DNA from: Antedon mediterranea
Lineage: Eukaryota > Animalia > Echinodermata
NCBI RefSeq assembly: GCF_964355755.1
Contig: NC_092674.1
Coordinates: 7,812,001-7,876,000, forward strand
DNA: 64,000 nt
Direction: 5' to 3'
The notes beneath the pieces were generated by a model. The model was not told the origin of the DNA. It worked only from the letters and a program-made list of their open reading frames with translations, and did not search any database. A program made the translations under genes and the position numbers. Of this stretch, positions 39,301-53,400 are shown piece after piece (the stretch's first letter is position 1; every line of letters starts with the position of its first letter).

Positions 39301-42300
39301 AAACGTTAAAGTAGTTGCTGTTTGGTTTACTCCAGTCGGTGGTTCAGAACGGTATGGCAATGCTATTATAAAAAAAAACGCATTCGAACTTTTTTTAAAT
39401 AACACATTGTGTTTGTTTTAAATATAAAATCAAGAATAATTAATTTATTAGAATACGCAAATGTGGCCATTTGTTTATATATGATAATACATATTTACAA
39501 AAAAATAAAACTACATGTTTAGTAATACGTGATCCTTATGTAAGCAAACTATATCGATGTCATGATATATGCAAGATACATAAAAAACTGTTCTGTTTTT
39601 AACAATTTCTATTCACAGCAGCAGATAGTAATAACTAACAGGCCTATTCTCCCTATTTTAAGAAAAGAGTTTATCTACAAAATGCTATATCTGAGTAATT
39701 TACCTAAACGCGGTAAAAGTATAGTATTTTATTTTCAAATGAATATATATTTTTTAGAAGTAGATTAAAACAATATTTCACATAGTTTTCAATTATTATT
39801 ATTATTTTTTGGGGGGTGGAAATGGCAGATAAAGCCTTTTCCCGAATTATTTTGTACTGTACTTTTTTTGGCAGACTAGCGGTAACGGTAAGCGGTAAAG
39901 TTGAGCGGAAAACGCAAAAATAGAATCTATGTTATTTCTTATGACCATTTACACAGAACGCGGAGCGGACGAGCGGTTGAGCGGAAATTCGCTCAGGATC
40001 GAAACATATTCGATTTTGTGAAAATACCGCGCGGTAATTATTGATTCTGGCCAACCAACGACATGATTGAAATGACGTCATCTATCAACAACTTTTTTTT
40101 TGCGTCCGTCGAGTGAAAGACGACAATAAATACGAGTGCCGTAGTAGGCCTAGCCTATAGTTTCTTCTTCTTTTTATTCAGAAATACAAACACCTACGAC
40201 GTGACTAATGTTCGTATAAGCATAGTGAAAAGAAAATATACATTTTAGTACGTTATTAGGCAACAATTCCCTCTAAAACGTAGGCCTGTGTGTGCTAGGC
40301 CTACTGACAGTCAGTCACATCCAGGCCAGCAGTGACTGTAACATGCATTAGCCTCGAGGCCTACACGCACCTACTTTCCACCTCTCTCTGTTCGAGAACC
40401 GCCGCGCGCTGTGTAAATGGGAAAAGCCACGCGGTGTTTCGCTTACAATTACCGCTTACCGTTACCGCTCGTCTGTGTAAATTGGCCTTTAGACAAACAT
40501 CGACATTAAAAAAAAATGTAGTAGCCTTTTTCAAAGTTGGGCAGTATTATTCTCTATCTCTATTATACATTCCTGACTAAAATTGTTGACATCTTAATGT
40601 GTGTCGTTACCTATGCTGCATTTTGGTCCAGCCCAAGCCTCATGACATCCATTAGTACAACTTCCATCTCGATTACAATCGTCAGAATCTTTGCAGTGAC
40701 ACGGAAAGTTACACAACACACCAAAGAATCCGGGTGAACATGACGTAGGTTCTTTGGAATCAAGCATATGTTTTTAATTATTAATTAGTCTATCAACTAG
40801 ATACGTGTGCTCGCAAATTATAAATTATTATAAAAATAATATTGTTAATATCTATACTAATATACAAAAATATGATGAAAACAATAGAAAATAGTATCTA
40901 ATTAATATATACCTAGACATTGGTCACCAGTGTAACCAGATGAACATGTTGACATTGATTCACATCCTGTTACTGGATTACAGTTGCTATTGGCACAGTT
41001 ACATTTTTGCTGACAATCAGCTCCAAAGTATCCATTTCCACACCCTTTAAAACAAAGTGGCTCTGGTAGTAACTATTCAAAAAAATGTGAACAACAATGA
41101 CGAAAACCGTAACAGCGATAGAAACAAAAAAAGAAACAACACGTGGAGCACAAGTACCGAAAGTTCTATCACCATAATATTTACGTGACGGAGAAGAAGG
41201 GAGCGTCGATTACGCTCAGGAACGTAAGACTCATCAGTTCCACACCGGTGTGTGAACTACATACGGTACCGTCGGTAACTGAATGGCGCTAATTTGCGCT
41301 TTGTGGCTGCACTATGCCAAATGAACGTTATCATGAGAAATGAACGTTATCATGAGTAATAAACGTTTTATTTCTTTATATATTAAGTGTATCATCGAAC
41401 ATCTAAATAATACATAATACAACTTATGAGGCAGATGGAAAGTAGGGCTACGTATCATAAGTAAAATTGTTTTTGAAACAATATTTTACGACATTATAAC
41501 GGATTTATTAATAATAATATATAATATCTTATCTAAATATTTCCATCATAGAAAAACATTACCAATAATAAGTATTAACCTGTTGTACAGTCTTTTCCTC
41601 CAAAACCATTGATGCATGCACAACCAACTGGATCAGGCGGACATAAGAGAAATCCTCTGCAATTTCCAATAGAAGAACACACAGATGTGCAGTCACGACC
41701 CCAGTTATTTCTGCTACAACCTATTATGTTATTACAGTGCAATATTTGATATTTCATAATTCAAACATTATACACTTGTTTGCAAAATACCAATTCTATA
41801 TTTCTTAGAATGCTTTTCAATCATTGTTTTAGTTCTTATATCTTTTTAAGCAGATGTGCCTATTATTCTCATAATCCAAGTTAAGAATGTTTTAGTCGCG
41901 TGCAACGTGACTCTACAGCTCACTATGTCGGTCAGTTTGTCGGTTTGTCGGTCTGTCGGTAAACACTAACTTGAGCACGCGACTGCAGTCATGTATATGG
42001 CCTTGTGTAAAGTTTTAAGTATAGTATAAGTTAGAAGGTTCAGATTACTATATCTCAACCAATTATATTTTTTTCGTAGCTATGTTATATTTACATTTTC
42101 TATATGTACAAGTATTTATATATATATATGGCCTACTCTGATTTTTTAAAGATAATATATTATATTTTCCCAAAGATAAAATAAATGTTTAACATTTTGT
42201 TTTTATAGTTTTTCATTTTGATGTCACATAATAGTTATTTACAAAAAATTGAATATAAAAAAAAAGTATTTACCTGAAAAAAACTGTAGCAAAAAATGGC

Positions 42301-45300
42301 CTATTCAAGGTATTATTCTATAATCTTTATTTGTCATATTTGGGGTGGGGGAAATACATCTTTTTAAATAAATGTTCACAGTTTTTCTTTTACTATGAAT
42401 AACATGTAGCTTCCAAAACCAGTAACGAATCCGAGTATATTTTGTAATAACCTATTTCAGAATTTTTATTTTGTATCTTTTAACAATAACTATTATCTGC
42501 ATACTTAAACCAATATAAACTATTGTATGTTTTAACAATATTATGTAATTACCGTGTTTACAAGCATCGCCGTCGAATCCTGCTGGGCAAATACAGACAC
42601 CCATCTTATCGTCACACACTCCGCCATTATAACATACTGGACAGTCCATTTCACAATCTGGAGGATTCCATTTTGGTGAAGGACAGGCTAAACAAAATTG
42701 ATTAAAATACAATAATAATAACTTAGGTTTACTGTCTCTCTGAAAGCCAAATTATGGTCAATGTATTTTTTTTTTTTTATAATCAATCGATATAATTTAG
42801 GCCTATACTTCAAAATTGAATCATACACATTCAAATTGATTTCAGAACTTGATTGATAGTGTGCAATTACAGAAGTGTACAAAGGTATATACAGTGGTCT
42901 TTTCATTGCATTCAGCCATAGTAAAAAGGTAAATAATTGCTGATAAAAGATTTTAATAGAACATATTAAAAACAAAAATTAAGACTTACATCTAACAATA
43001 AGTCTCATGATACCATGGTTACCATTAGGACTATCACCTGTATAACATTCATATACGCCATCATCTTTTCTTCGTATTTTCTGAATCACAGCAGACGTAC
43101 TACCTCTCAGATTGTGTATTTCCTTTCCATAATTATGTCTCCAGCGTAAATCGTTGAGATCACCACCTTTACTGAGATTGATAGTGACAGACTCTCCAAT
43201 ACCGACCGTTATTGTTCTGTGCTCCATTTCAATAGTGGCTGTAAAACCATTATACAAATATTAATAATAAAAGTTAGGTTTGCGGTATAACGATGTGTTT
43301 CCAAACAGGAAGTATAATATTATTAAGAATGTCTTGACGTTTCGGTTGTTATGCTTCAGTCTTCTGGAGAAAGCTAGACAATGAAAGATGAGCAAGTGAG
43401 GTCATGAGAATGCAAATAATAGTACATGACGTATTGATATATAGACTTTGTTTTATGTTTTTTAATAAGCTATCAAACAGATATACATTTTTTTTAAATA
43501 AAAAGATGTATGAATAACACCATGACCTTACTCACCAAAAGCGGATGTCAAGACAATTGCCGAATTTGTGACTACTCCATTTTTCTTAGCTTCAAATGAA
43601 AAGACACCAACTCGTTCAGCCTGTGTTGGTAAGGTAACGCCTAGATACGTGTAATCAATGTGTACTCGGTATCTAATTGAGCAACTTGTTGGGAATATTT
43701 TATTATTTGGCATACTTCGAGATAGTTCAGAACCAGTACCGGTATTGGCACCCATATACGGCCCAGTATCATCCCAAGTTACGTTGTCTTTACCCTCAAT
43801 ATTCTTGTACAATATTCCAACTGATAAACCTCTAATTTCTTTGTCGCCGTCAATTGTAAATCCTCGAAAATAACTATTACCATTATTTTGAACCAGTGGT
43901 GTTCCAGAAAATGTTGTTATATCTAATGGACCTTTAAAGAAAATTTTATTTTATGATTAACTTATTATTAACATTATTGCAGTTATGTGAAGTAAGTGAA
44001 AGAGTAAATCAAGAGGTATTAGGCCTATTTGCCTTAGAATGTTTATAGAAAATAGAATGTAATACACAGTAATAAATTTGAAAGACAATATAATTTATTG
44101 TTTGACTTAACTGTATTTAGAGACCGCAAGGTTTTACATTAGAATACAGATCGGGTGAATGCACATTTTTAAAATTTGAATTAAAAAAATTAAATGTCAT
44201 ACTCATGTTTATTTATTTATTTTATTTATTTATTTCATTTTCCAACCAACAGTGAACTCATGGTTCACCACTTACAGGAGGGAACACAGACAAATACGTA
44301 CACAAACAATAAAAAAAGATTAAACTAAGCTACTAACAATGTTACGAAACTTACTGAGATTATTACTGAAGATATCTAACTCAGGATTTCTTAAAGTTCA
44401 TATTCCCCTTTAGACTTAGCACTCGCATTCATATTTAATAAATCACATACTCAGCCCGTGAATATATTAAACGTAACAAAACATGATATCTACTACTACT
44501 TTTATATTTAATAAATAAAAACATCATATTAGGGTTACTCTCCTCAAAAAGAGAGAACACGTGATATGTTTGAACATACGAGATGTTTACAAAATGAAAT
44601 ATAATTGTAATTTTGTAGATTTCCAACCATAATGCACCAGTGTGTTGTAAAAGCATTCAAACAGACATTTGCGAAAGAACGTCAGACATAAATTTGTTGT
44701 CACTATAATTTGTTTAGGGTATATTGAAATAGAAATTATTAACCGACATACGATCAGTTTCTCTATAGCTATAGAATGGTTTTCATGTTCCCATCCTCTA
44801 TCGCCAGCCTCCTACGCCATCTATGACAAGCGAACACGATTACGTAACATTAATTGGTTGAACACTAAACACAGTAAAACATTGCGATGTAATACTTTGT
44901 TGAAACTATCACCGTCCTAGTCGATTGAAATAGTACAGTAGGCCTTACATGTAACGATACATCACTACGACGTGTATAGGTTTATATAATGTAAAACAAT
45001 TTGTGAAAACCACCTCTATTCGGGAAAATCATAAATTCGATTTAATCGTCAATAAATATTAAATTATCTAACTCAACTTAATTAGTAGGCCTAATGGTTT
45101 TTAATTGTTTCTTAGAGCCAATTCATACTTAAGTTGGTTCCTACCCTACCCACCAAAGTTGTTCTGCGTTTAGGGCATGTGATGTACCGTAGGCCTATCC
45201 TCTACTGGTTTTACAACGCTACTCATGCCAGTGAGGGAAGGGTGATGATGTGGGTGATTTAACTGCAATAATAAAGATTTATACATAATATTCGGCGAGT

Positions 45301-46502
45301 GAAAACGCTAGCTCTTTATCCGTTTAAAAAAAATTTATATCCAACCTCTGCAGCACAGATTGAAAAAAAATGGATCGAATTTCTGTTATGAGTATACAGT
45401 ACTTGCCTTTACGACGCCTGAGGGAATATACACTTGTGGAACAGAGATTGGAATGTTCCATTCATCGCAAATCAATACATTTGTATAAACGTATATTAAA
45501 TCTATCAAAATAGTATTTTTTTTTTAAAATCGGCCGGTCTTCAACATTATGATGCTGTACTCGAGCTGTTCAACCGGCTTTCAGCCATTAAAAACAATTA
45601 TCGTAGGAGGAGATAGGAAAATGCGAAGCCTCCTCGTATTATCGTCTGCGGGTACTTTTCAAGACGGACATCCATTAGACAGTGTATACCACGACCAAAA
45701 ACACCCCTATTTGGGGAAAATCGTTGAACCTAAATTCGTTTTAATCGTCAATAACTAATTATCGAACTCAATTTAATTAGTAAACAGGGTTACATCAGGC
45801 GGTTAAAATCAGTACCGAAAGTACGAACCAACTTTATATACCATCGAGTAAACATTCTAGAAATAACGCGCGATTTACCGAATTTTGCCCTTACGTAAAT
45901 TTATATATAGATATGTTCCCTCATGCATGTCTAGACGTAACTAGTGTCAGTACAATAAAATAAATATCAGTCCTTAACAATTTATTCATACAAGAAAAAA
46001 ATAATACAGCTTATTCAATTGTTTTGGTACTATAGTGTGTAGTGTAATGTTGATCTGCTGTCAGCTGTATCGGAGTAGGCCTACAGTAGGCTTGAATATT
46101 ATATATAACCGTTTCGTTAGAAACGCAATGCGAGGCGCACCAAATAAGTTTTATGGAGATTTTTAATCGTTGTTGAATAGAAACACACCCTATACAATCC
46201 TATATGTTATATTTACTAGTAGAGTGGCCACTTAGTTTGGCTTCCTTCTACACGCGCATCTCTCATTATGTTCGAAAAACATTGGTTTCCCATCTGTATG
46301 CTTGCGTACATTGTAGTTAAGGGGTAGGCCTTTGTTTTTTTCATGTAGGATTAACATAGGCTAATATAATTGAATACAATTACAGAACACCAAATTTAAA
46401 CAATGTATACACTGAGTACATACCCGAGGAGAATCCGGAATGAAACGTCATATACAGAGCTAGTATCAAGTAGAACGAGTTTGTAAAAAGTTTAGCCAAC
46501 AT
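36343..46502 (-). CDS. Gene C: Tie-like ectodomain receptor with short ITAM-bearing cytoplasmic tail, 13 exons
   Basis: Exons 46502-46424, 43931-43536, 43238-42990, 42687-42553, 41720-41580, 41044-40913, 40751-40611, 39362-39051, 38162-38095, 37812-37572, 37353-37054; TM 36841-36763 (GYVIGVVIGSILWTVITVAVTLTVSKR); tail 36592-36343 (...DTDYQSLSKKYKESEYEGIKPTVTGAGEHLYANTQPDTQPVPDHVYDNTFQK*). No stops seen in the exons read. Confidence 0.88.
38510..38979 (-). mobile_element. LINE 3' fragment in an intron of gene C
   Basis: ORF ...FHNSVFVSFPRLWEQIPNDIKDSQTISIFKAAL is a typical LINE ORF2 C-terminus; absent from the paralogous intron of gene D. Confidence 0.7.
39871..40490. mobile_element. MITE (PIF/Harbinger-like), left end truncated
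   Basis: Inverted repeats AGCGGTAACGGTAAGCGGTAA / TTACCGCTTACCGTTACCGCT; right end ...GGCCTTTA; absent from the gene D intron. Confidence 0.65.
41889..42007 (+). mobile_element. Short HINE
   Basis: TTTTAGTCGCGTGC...(GTCG/GTCT)n...GCACGCGACTGCAGTC...GGCCTTG. Confidence 0.75.
44205..44680 (-). mobile_element. Probable degenerate LINE 3' end
   Basis: (TAAA)n tail on the minus strand at about 44208-44235, preceded by interrupted coding-like sequence; unique to gene C intron 1. Confidence 0.4.
44890..45911 (-). mobile_element. Second, partial or rearranged copy of the Helitron family
   Basis: 45470-45911 is the reverse complement of 22090-22530, including the TCTATATATAAA 5' end; 44895-44975 matches about 22860-22940. 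Confidence 0.7.
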
Positions 46503-46705
46503 CTCCACTAAAGTCCACACACCTTCTTGTGTACAGAGAATGAGAAGGTGGTTAGTTCTAGCAGTAGTACCTTATTAAGTGTCTGAAACTCAATATTCGG
46601 TTGGTATGTCGTGGTATACTTAACAAAGTAAATCAATGAAGTTAACAGTCGCATTAATAAATCTATTCTTAGCAACAACAAACCTATCTCTCCCAATACA
46701 AATTG

Positions 46706-46757
46706 TTTCTTTATTTATTTAGGTATCGGTATATTAACCCATGACCCCTTTTACTTA
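46706..46757 (-). promoter_or_regulatory. Conserved upstream block of gene C
   Basis: Variant of the block at 33917-33968. Confidence 0.45.
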
Positions 46758-48261
46758 TAGTAATTGTCATTACTTCCTTAATACGCTAAACCCGGTACTA
46801 AAAGCTGAATAGATATACAATCTATTTTAAAAAACAACTCATAGAGAACAGAAACATTATAATGGAATATGAGGGAAATGTAGAAGAAAAGAAAAGTACA
46901 GTATGCTTCATGGACATAGTGAGCAGAAGTCTGAGCAGAGGAAGAAAACGGACGGCCAGGGAGTGAGTGGGAATTTGGGTAGATATGATTGATTACAACA
47001 TCCCAACAGTTCACGTCTGAAAGCACTGAATATTATAAGGTTTTTTGCTTTATTCACCAAAATTATTTGGATAGGTAGTGCTGTTATGCCAATGAATTTA
47101 TAACACGATATCACTACTTCAGGCGAAGGTGATTAAGACGGGTCTTTCCCAAAAGTTAAGCCTATTTTTGAAAAGAGTTTTCAGCAAAACGTATGAGGAA
47201 ATAATATTAATTTCAAAATTAAGTGACGTGGATTGGTGTAAATAAAAGAGATCCGTTTTTGTATTGTTGTCATTTGTGACGATATGCTTCAATGAATTTT
47301 TATAATAAAAATAAATCATTCTTTTAAACTATCACGTAGGCCACCACTGAATCCTGAATGGGTGCCGCTTGGTATCAAGAAACGATTCTTATTATTTATC
47401 CTAGATGATAGAATAATTACAGAACGTAATCAATACGGTATGCAATATTTGTAGAGTTTATATTCATGAATATTTCACATTTATTATTATCCTAAATATG
47501 CATGGGCAGCTGATTACAAACTGACACATCCTTTGTTTAATATAAATATGCTACAATTAAATTATGTCTATATAGTTGAAGTTGCTATGTTATGTTTATT
47601 TAATAACACTAGGATCCCTGGTAATACTCATTAATTTTTACAAAATATACTTCATAATGTTATCCCAATGGTATTTTAAAGTATTGTATTTAATAAACTG
47701 TTTAAAATACGTTGGTTCAGTAATAATATTACTGACAATAATAAACCCACATTATAGTTTTCATCATTTTGTAGAACTATTCATTGTCAAAGCACTATGT
47801 TGTATGTTTTTGTATATTTATAGGCAAAAAAGTGTCGATGGTTTCTTAACGAGAATTATCCGAGGAATTCAACAACCTGTATAAAGTATGTAACTCACCG
47901 TACTGTTCATGAGTTTCTTCTAACTGTTAGCATGGACCAACGATACATGTTTTGCTGTTAGTACTTCTTCCGTTTGTTGTTCTTGTTGCTGCTACCACAC
48001 GTTCATTCTACCTGCCAGTCTCAGTATACAAACATTTTCTTTTACCCGTCTGCCCCATTACTTCTTGTTGTAGGCTTATATTGCATAAAACGTTTCACTA
48101 CCTGTCATTACTCACCCTGTTGTTGTTGACTTGCGCTGGCTTGAGTTCTTGATCCATTCATTTGCATAATATGTGGTCAAACCAAGTTGGTGAACACAAC
48201 ATTTTTTACTTTGTGACGATTCTTAAATTGATGATACAACTCTCATTGTATTTCTTTTTTT

Positions 48262-48989
48262 TTTACTCGGGGTACCCGAGTCTAGGACTTACTCATTTTC
48301 TCCATCTGGACACTATTGAGTAAAAAGTGCGATTTTTAAAGTACTACTTCTCCCTTATTAGTTGTAGTATTGAGCTGGGATTTGGCATGAATATTCTACA
48401 GGGACATGTCCTCAAATCTATAGAGCCGGATTTTTAAATTTCAAACCGGATGCAGCCATATGTCGTTTCGAAGATGGTACAATATAGCCGTATTTGGTAG
48501 GTTATTGATGTGCATGTGACGTCACATCCCGTCTTATGACGTCATTACAGCTTCATTTGCTGTACCCCGAGTATCGCACATTCGTGCTTTTTTTAAGGTA
48601 CCTGGTTCGAGCCCGGGCGAAACTTTTTTTTTTTAACTTTATGGTGAAAAGTAGTGTATACGCAATATGATAATTATACACAGTACATCTTATTTTTATT
48701 ATTTTTTTTAATACTTATTTTGTGTAATCGGTAAATACTCCTCCCTTATTCGTTGTAGTATTGAGCTCGGATTTAGCATGAATATACTACAGGGACATGT
48801 CCTCAAAGCTATAGAGCCGGATTTGTTAATTTCATACCGGATGCAGCCATATCACGTCTCGAAGATGGTACCATATAGCCGTATTTGGTAGCGCGGTTAT
48901 TGATGTGTATGTGACGTTACATCCGGTCTTATGACGTCATTACAGCTTCTTTCGCTGTACCCCGAGTATTGCACATTCGTGCTTGTTTT
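48262..48989 (+). mobile_element. Helentron-type non-autonomous element with a duplicated 3' end
   Basis: T-run then subTIR TACTCGGGGTAC. The inverted GTACCCCGAGTA plus hairpin GCACATTCGTGC plus Ts occurs twice (about 48562-48594 and 48957-48989). Internal direct repeat of about 245 bp. Empty T-run site in the paralogous region at about 35449. Confidence 0.75.
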
Positions 48990-49361
48990 AAATAATTTAT
49001 TGATTTTGAGTTGTGATTTGAAGTGATTTTTATTTTTTTTTGCTAGCACGAGATAAACATATTATAGGTAAAGGCAAATGAAGACGGATACAAATAAAAA
49101 CACATATTAAAGTAAACAAATATATTCAAAAATATTTTTCGCACAGACACAGAACACATTCTAAACCGCCCGGTGATATCTGAATATTAATTAATTAATC
49201 AATTTGAAACATAAATTATATAATTACATATTTAATCTGCATAAATTTAAACTTAATTAAAAAGTTACATTCTCACATTCAAGCCAATTTAAAAGTTTAT
49301 GAAATATATATTGTCTCCCTGTAAAAAAACAATTTAAATATATGATTATATAATAATTTAA

Positions 49362-49913
49362 AGATGTATTGTCCCTTGAAACACAAACAAGTGAAGGTCA
49401 AAATATTCTAAATTTAAAGTTGCCATATCAAAGTAATATTAAAGTTATTCACTTTAAGTCGAAAATTCAAGCTAAAAACAACAAGTTTACGTAATAAACA
49501 GGTAAATTAGTTTGATTACATTTCATCTGGAAAATCATCGCGAGCGAAAGTAAACAAAGATTTCAAACCATGAGTACGATTTATGCATACGTTAATTAGG
49601 ATTGTTTACAACTTGTCACGGTTGAGAAGGTATTTTCACACGGATCATAAGGAAGTTTTATTATTATGGATACAGAGTAGCCTAACAAGCGCGTTTCATT
49701 ATGGGATATGTTTTTATCGAAAACCTTGACTGGAAGTCAAAGTTATTTTTTTAACCAAAAAAAAAAACATCTGTATTTCAGTTAAATGATTTTTTTTTTT
49801 CGAAAATTTGTTGGTGATAGTTAATAATTATTATGATACTTCAAAATGAGCCACCTTTTTTCGAAATCTTTTATCTTTATTTTTTGGGAATTAGTCAAAG
49901 GGACAATACATCT
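49362..49913. mobile_element. Kolobok-like MITE
   Basis: TIR AGATGTATTGTCCCTT / AAGGGACAATACATCT; TTAA TSD at 49358-49361 and 49914-49917; empty site in the paralogous region at about 35810. Confidence 0.85.
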
Positions 49914-50478
49914 TTAAAGTTGAAAAAATTTAATTAAAAAATAATTAAAGAGTCAATGGGTTTCAATGCAAAAATCAACGCAAAACGTAAAATTTTAAAA
50001 TATTAAAAACCTTAATACTAATTTAAAGACACGATTACATAATTATTAGTAAAACTTGATTTACTGCTTTTAAATCGACATGTAGTACTAAAAATGTTTT
50101 ATGAACTGAAGAATTATTGTATTAATAATATTTATAATAATTGAAATTTGCCTATTGCCTGAAATATTTATATTCTCTATTTTAGATATTTAGTTAACAA
50201 TTAATAAAAAAAGATTGGTTTTCTCTGCGTAAGCTTGGTTTCCACTAGGACATTCAAGGACGAGTTGACTAATGTTAAGTGACGGATGATCGGATGATCT
50301 ATCGTTTGTGATTAGTAAACAGACAATTTATGTACAATCACATTCTTTTGGAAATGATTAGTTATAACTGTCGACTTGATTAATTTTTGTGTCGGTACTG
50401 TATCTACATATTTTACATTACTACATTTAGGCCTACATTTGTTTCTCTACTACAGAAAACTCAATTGTTTTATATTCT

Positions 50479-53400
50479 TCACTTTTCAAATGTATTATCA
50501 TAAACATGATCCGGTACAGGTTGAGTGTCAGGTTGGGTGTTTGCGTACACGTGTTCACTAGAACCTGCAATGGTAGGCTTAATACCTTGATATTCACTTT
50601 CTTCATATTTTTAGTCGCGTGGAAGCGACTCTATAGTTCACTATGTCGGTCGGTCGGTCTGTCTGTCTGTCTGTCTGTCTGTCGGTCTGTCTGTCGGTCT
50701 GTCTGTCTGTCTGTCGGTCCGGTATCACTATGCGTTTTATCGCTTTATGACCTTATCTTGATATCAGTTTAATCTAGCTAAGTCAATTTTTCACAGAATA
50801 TTCCTTATGGCCAGGAATCGATGTGGTTATGTTTTCACGGTGCGCAATAAAAAATTACGCGGTCTATGCACGATTTAACGAAATCACGTTTGTAATCATA
50901 TCTTAACAACCATGAATCACAATTAAATAAAATTTGGTACTCATAAATTTCAGGGCATAAATCATCATATGGCAATACAATTACGTGCGTAGCCCATGTA
51001 ACGCATGCGTACGCGCGCTTAAAATTTTCAAAATTTATTTTCGATGAAATAAGAGTACGTTTCAGGCAATTTTAAGCGTTTACAAAATTGCCATGAGTGC
51101 GCAGATTTTGGCGCGCGCAGTGCGCGTTAAATGTTATTGCGCACTCTTTTTGCCCGATTTCTGTTTTCTTGACTTACTTTTTAACTCGAAATTACGTTAT
51201 ACGAGCACGTCAAAAGTGACAGGCTACGCACGTGTAAATTTAAAAAATATAACTGTTTTTAAACATTTCAACATTTTTAAACATGTTCAGTAATTTCGGT
51301 CAGTATAGTTCACTATGTCGGTCGGTCCGTTTGTCTGTCGGTCTGTCTGTCTGTCGGTCTGTTTGTCTGTCGGTCCTGTATCACTATGCATCACTGTTGG
51401 CCTTGTTTAGACAAACTTTGATAATCTGTATCTATGGCACAAACATTTTTTGGAGTAGCAGATGCTTTATCAACGTCTTTATCAACGTCTTTTTCTGACT
51501 GATTGCTAAATCTAAAATGAACAAATGTACCGAAGTTAACAAAAGTTCATAGTTCACCATCGTAAAGGTTGTCTTTCTAATTTTTTTCCAGAAATGATTT
51601 GATCGTAATGTTCTGTATTTATCATTGTCTAATTTCTTTACCATAGTAAGAGTATAACATTAAACACATAAATTACTTTACTTTAGAGTAATACTTTACC
51701 GTTTAGAAACCGTCAAGGTGACAGCAACTGTGATAACTGTCCAAAGTATTGAGCCAATTACAACTCCTATGACGTAACCTGAAAACAGGATATTTTATCG
51801 TTTTTAGAATTATCATTTGAAATTGTTTTTCTCATGTTGAATTTTCTAAACGAAATACTACATACAGCTTCTTCACGAAAGGTCTAGTTTCTAAGCAATT
51901 ATTTCTTTAACATTTAAAACATATCTATAAACTATTACGGGAAGCCCAATATTAATCTGAAAGCTAAATAGAAAAATACACACCTTGAATACTCTGGCTT
52001 TTGTTTGGTGAATCACAATTGGTCCCTAACCTAAATTTTGTTGTGTCAGATGTACCATTTACGTTTAAATATGAGGCTAATACTGTGAAAGTATATTCTA
52101 TACTTGGCTCAATTTCTCCACCAAATAATACAACTTCAGTTTTTTCCGTTCTTCCTTGCTGAAATATACCACTTGACAGTTCATAATGGTAGGTCACCTG
52201 ATAGTCTGGGATGTCGCACCAAGACGCGTTCCATTTCATCTCCAAATGCGTTCCATTTGTGAATGGATTACTTTCTAACGATGGCTCTATTTTTGGAACA
52301 GAGAATAAATAAACTATTGAAAAATATATAGTAGTTTATTCTTGGATTCTCCTTTTTATAAATTGTACAAATACTTGCCCTGAACACGCACAATTTATTA
52401 TAAACAATTACCTGATGGCGATGTTTGTACCATCATGTCCTCTCCCCAATTACCAGCTATCTCAAAGTCATTAACAACTCGAGCGTTTACGACATAAGCA
52501 GTACAACTTGATAATCCTGATAGTTCAACTTCTAATTGAGTACTGCTTGTTGTGTTGACAACATCTTGTATATTTCCATCAATGTCCGAGTATTTCACTT
52601 GATATCGAAGAATATAGTTACACTTAATTCGTTCAGGAGCACTGGAAAAAGGCTGAATATATATACAGTACAATCAAAATATTTATATCAAGTTAAAATA
52701 AATTCATTCTTTATCAGGAGGTTAAAAGAAAAAAAATAAAAAGGAATAATTATGTTATGTTCAATAATTTTAAAACTTTTTTATTTTTAGCAATTATCGT
52801 ATCGTTATATCGCAGGGCGGTTTAGCCTTTCTTCTTCTGCTTGATCTCTGTTGCGCGTACAATTGAGTGCAGTTGTTAAAGAAAATATGTAGTGAAAAAT
52901 CTAGTAAATGTTTGAGTATAAATCAATAATATGAAAAACAATGGCATTTTATTTTTAAAACATACATTCCGTATATTTATTTCGGCAAAGCTGCGTAGAA
53001 ACATGATTCCAAATTTAAAAAAAAAACATTTTTAAATTTACCATTAAACGTATAGTGACTTCGTGATCCTTAATGTTCCTAAACTCAATATTAGGTTCCT
53101 CTAAAGGTTCTATATCATAAGCAATGAAATAAATGAATAGAACTGAGCGAATAGAAATGAAATAAAATGTATCATGTCACTTCGAAATATAGATGAAACC
53201 AATTGCAACAATTTATGTACTTTCATCTATAAACCATACAAATATTAAATTGGTATTTATTAATATATATTATAGAATCTTAAAAATATATCTACACATC
53301 GAAAATGTATTAGTTCAAATAAAATATCAAATTAAAAAAAAAAATCAATCGATGATACCCAATTATTGTTGCTGCTAAAAGCCAACACAACATATTCTTA

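Noticed and set aside
43325-43385. Possible further hammerhead on the minus strand (GAAACGTC)
   Set aside because: The core and stem II are degenerate; at most a decayed Penelope remnant.
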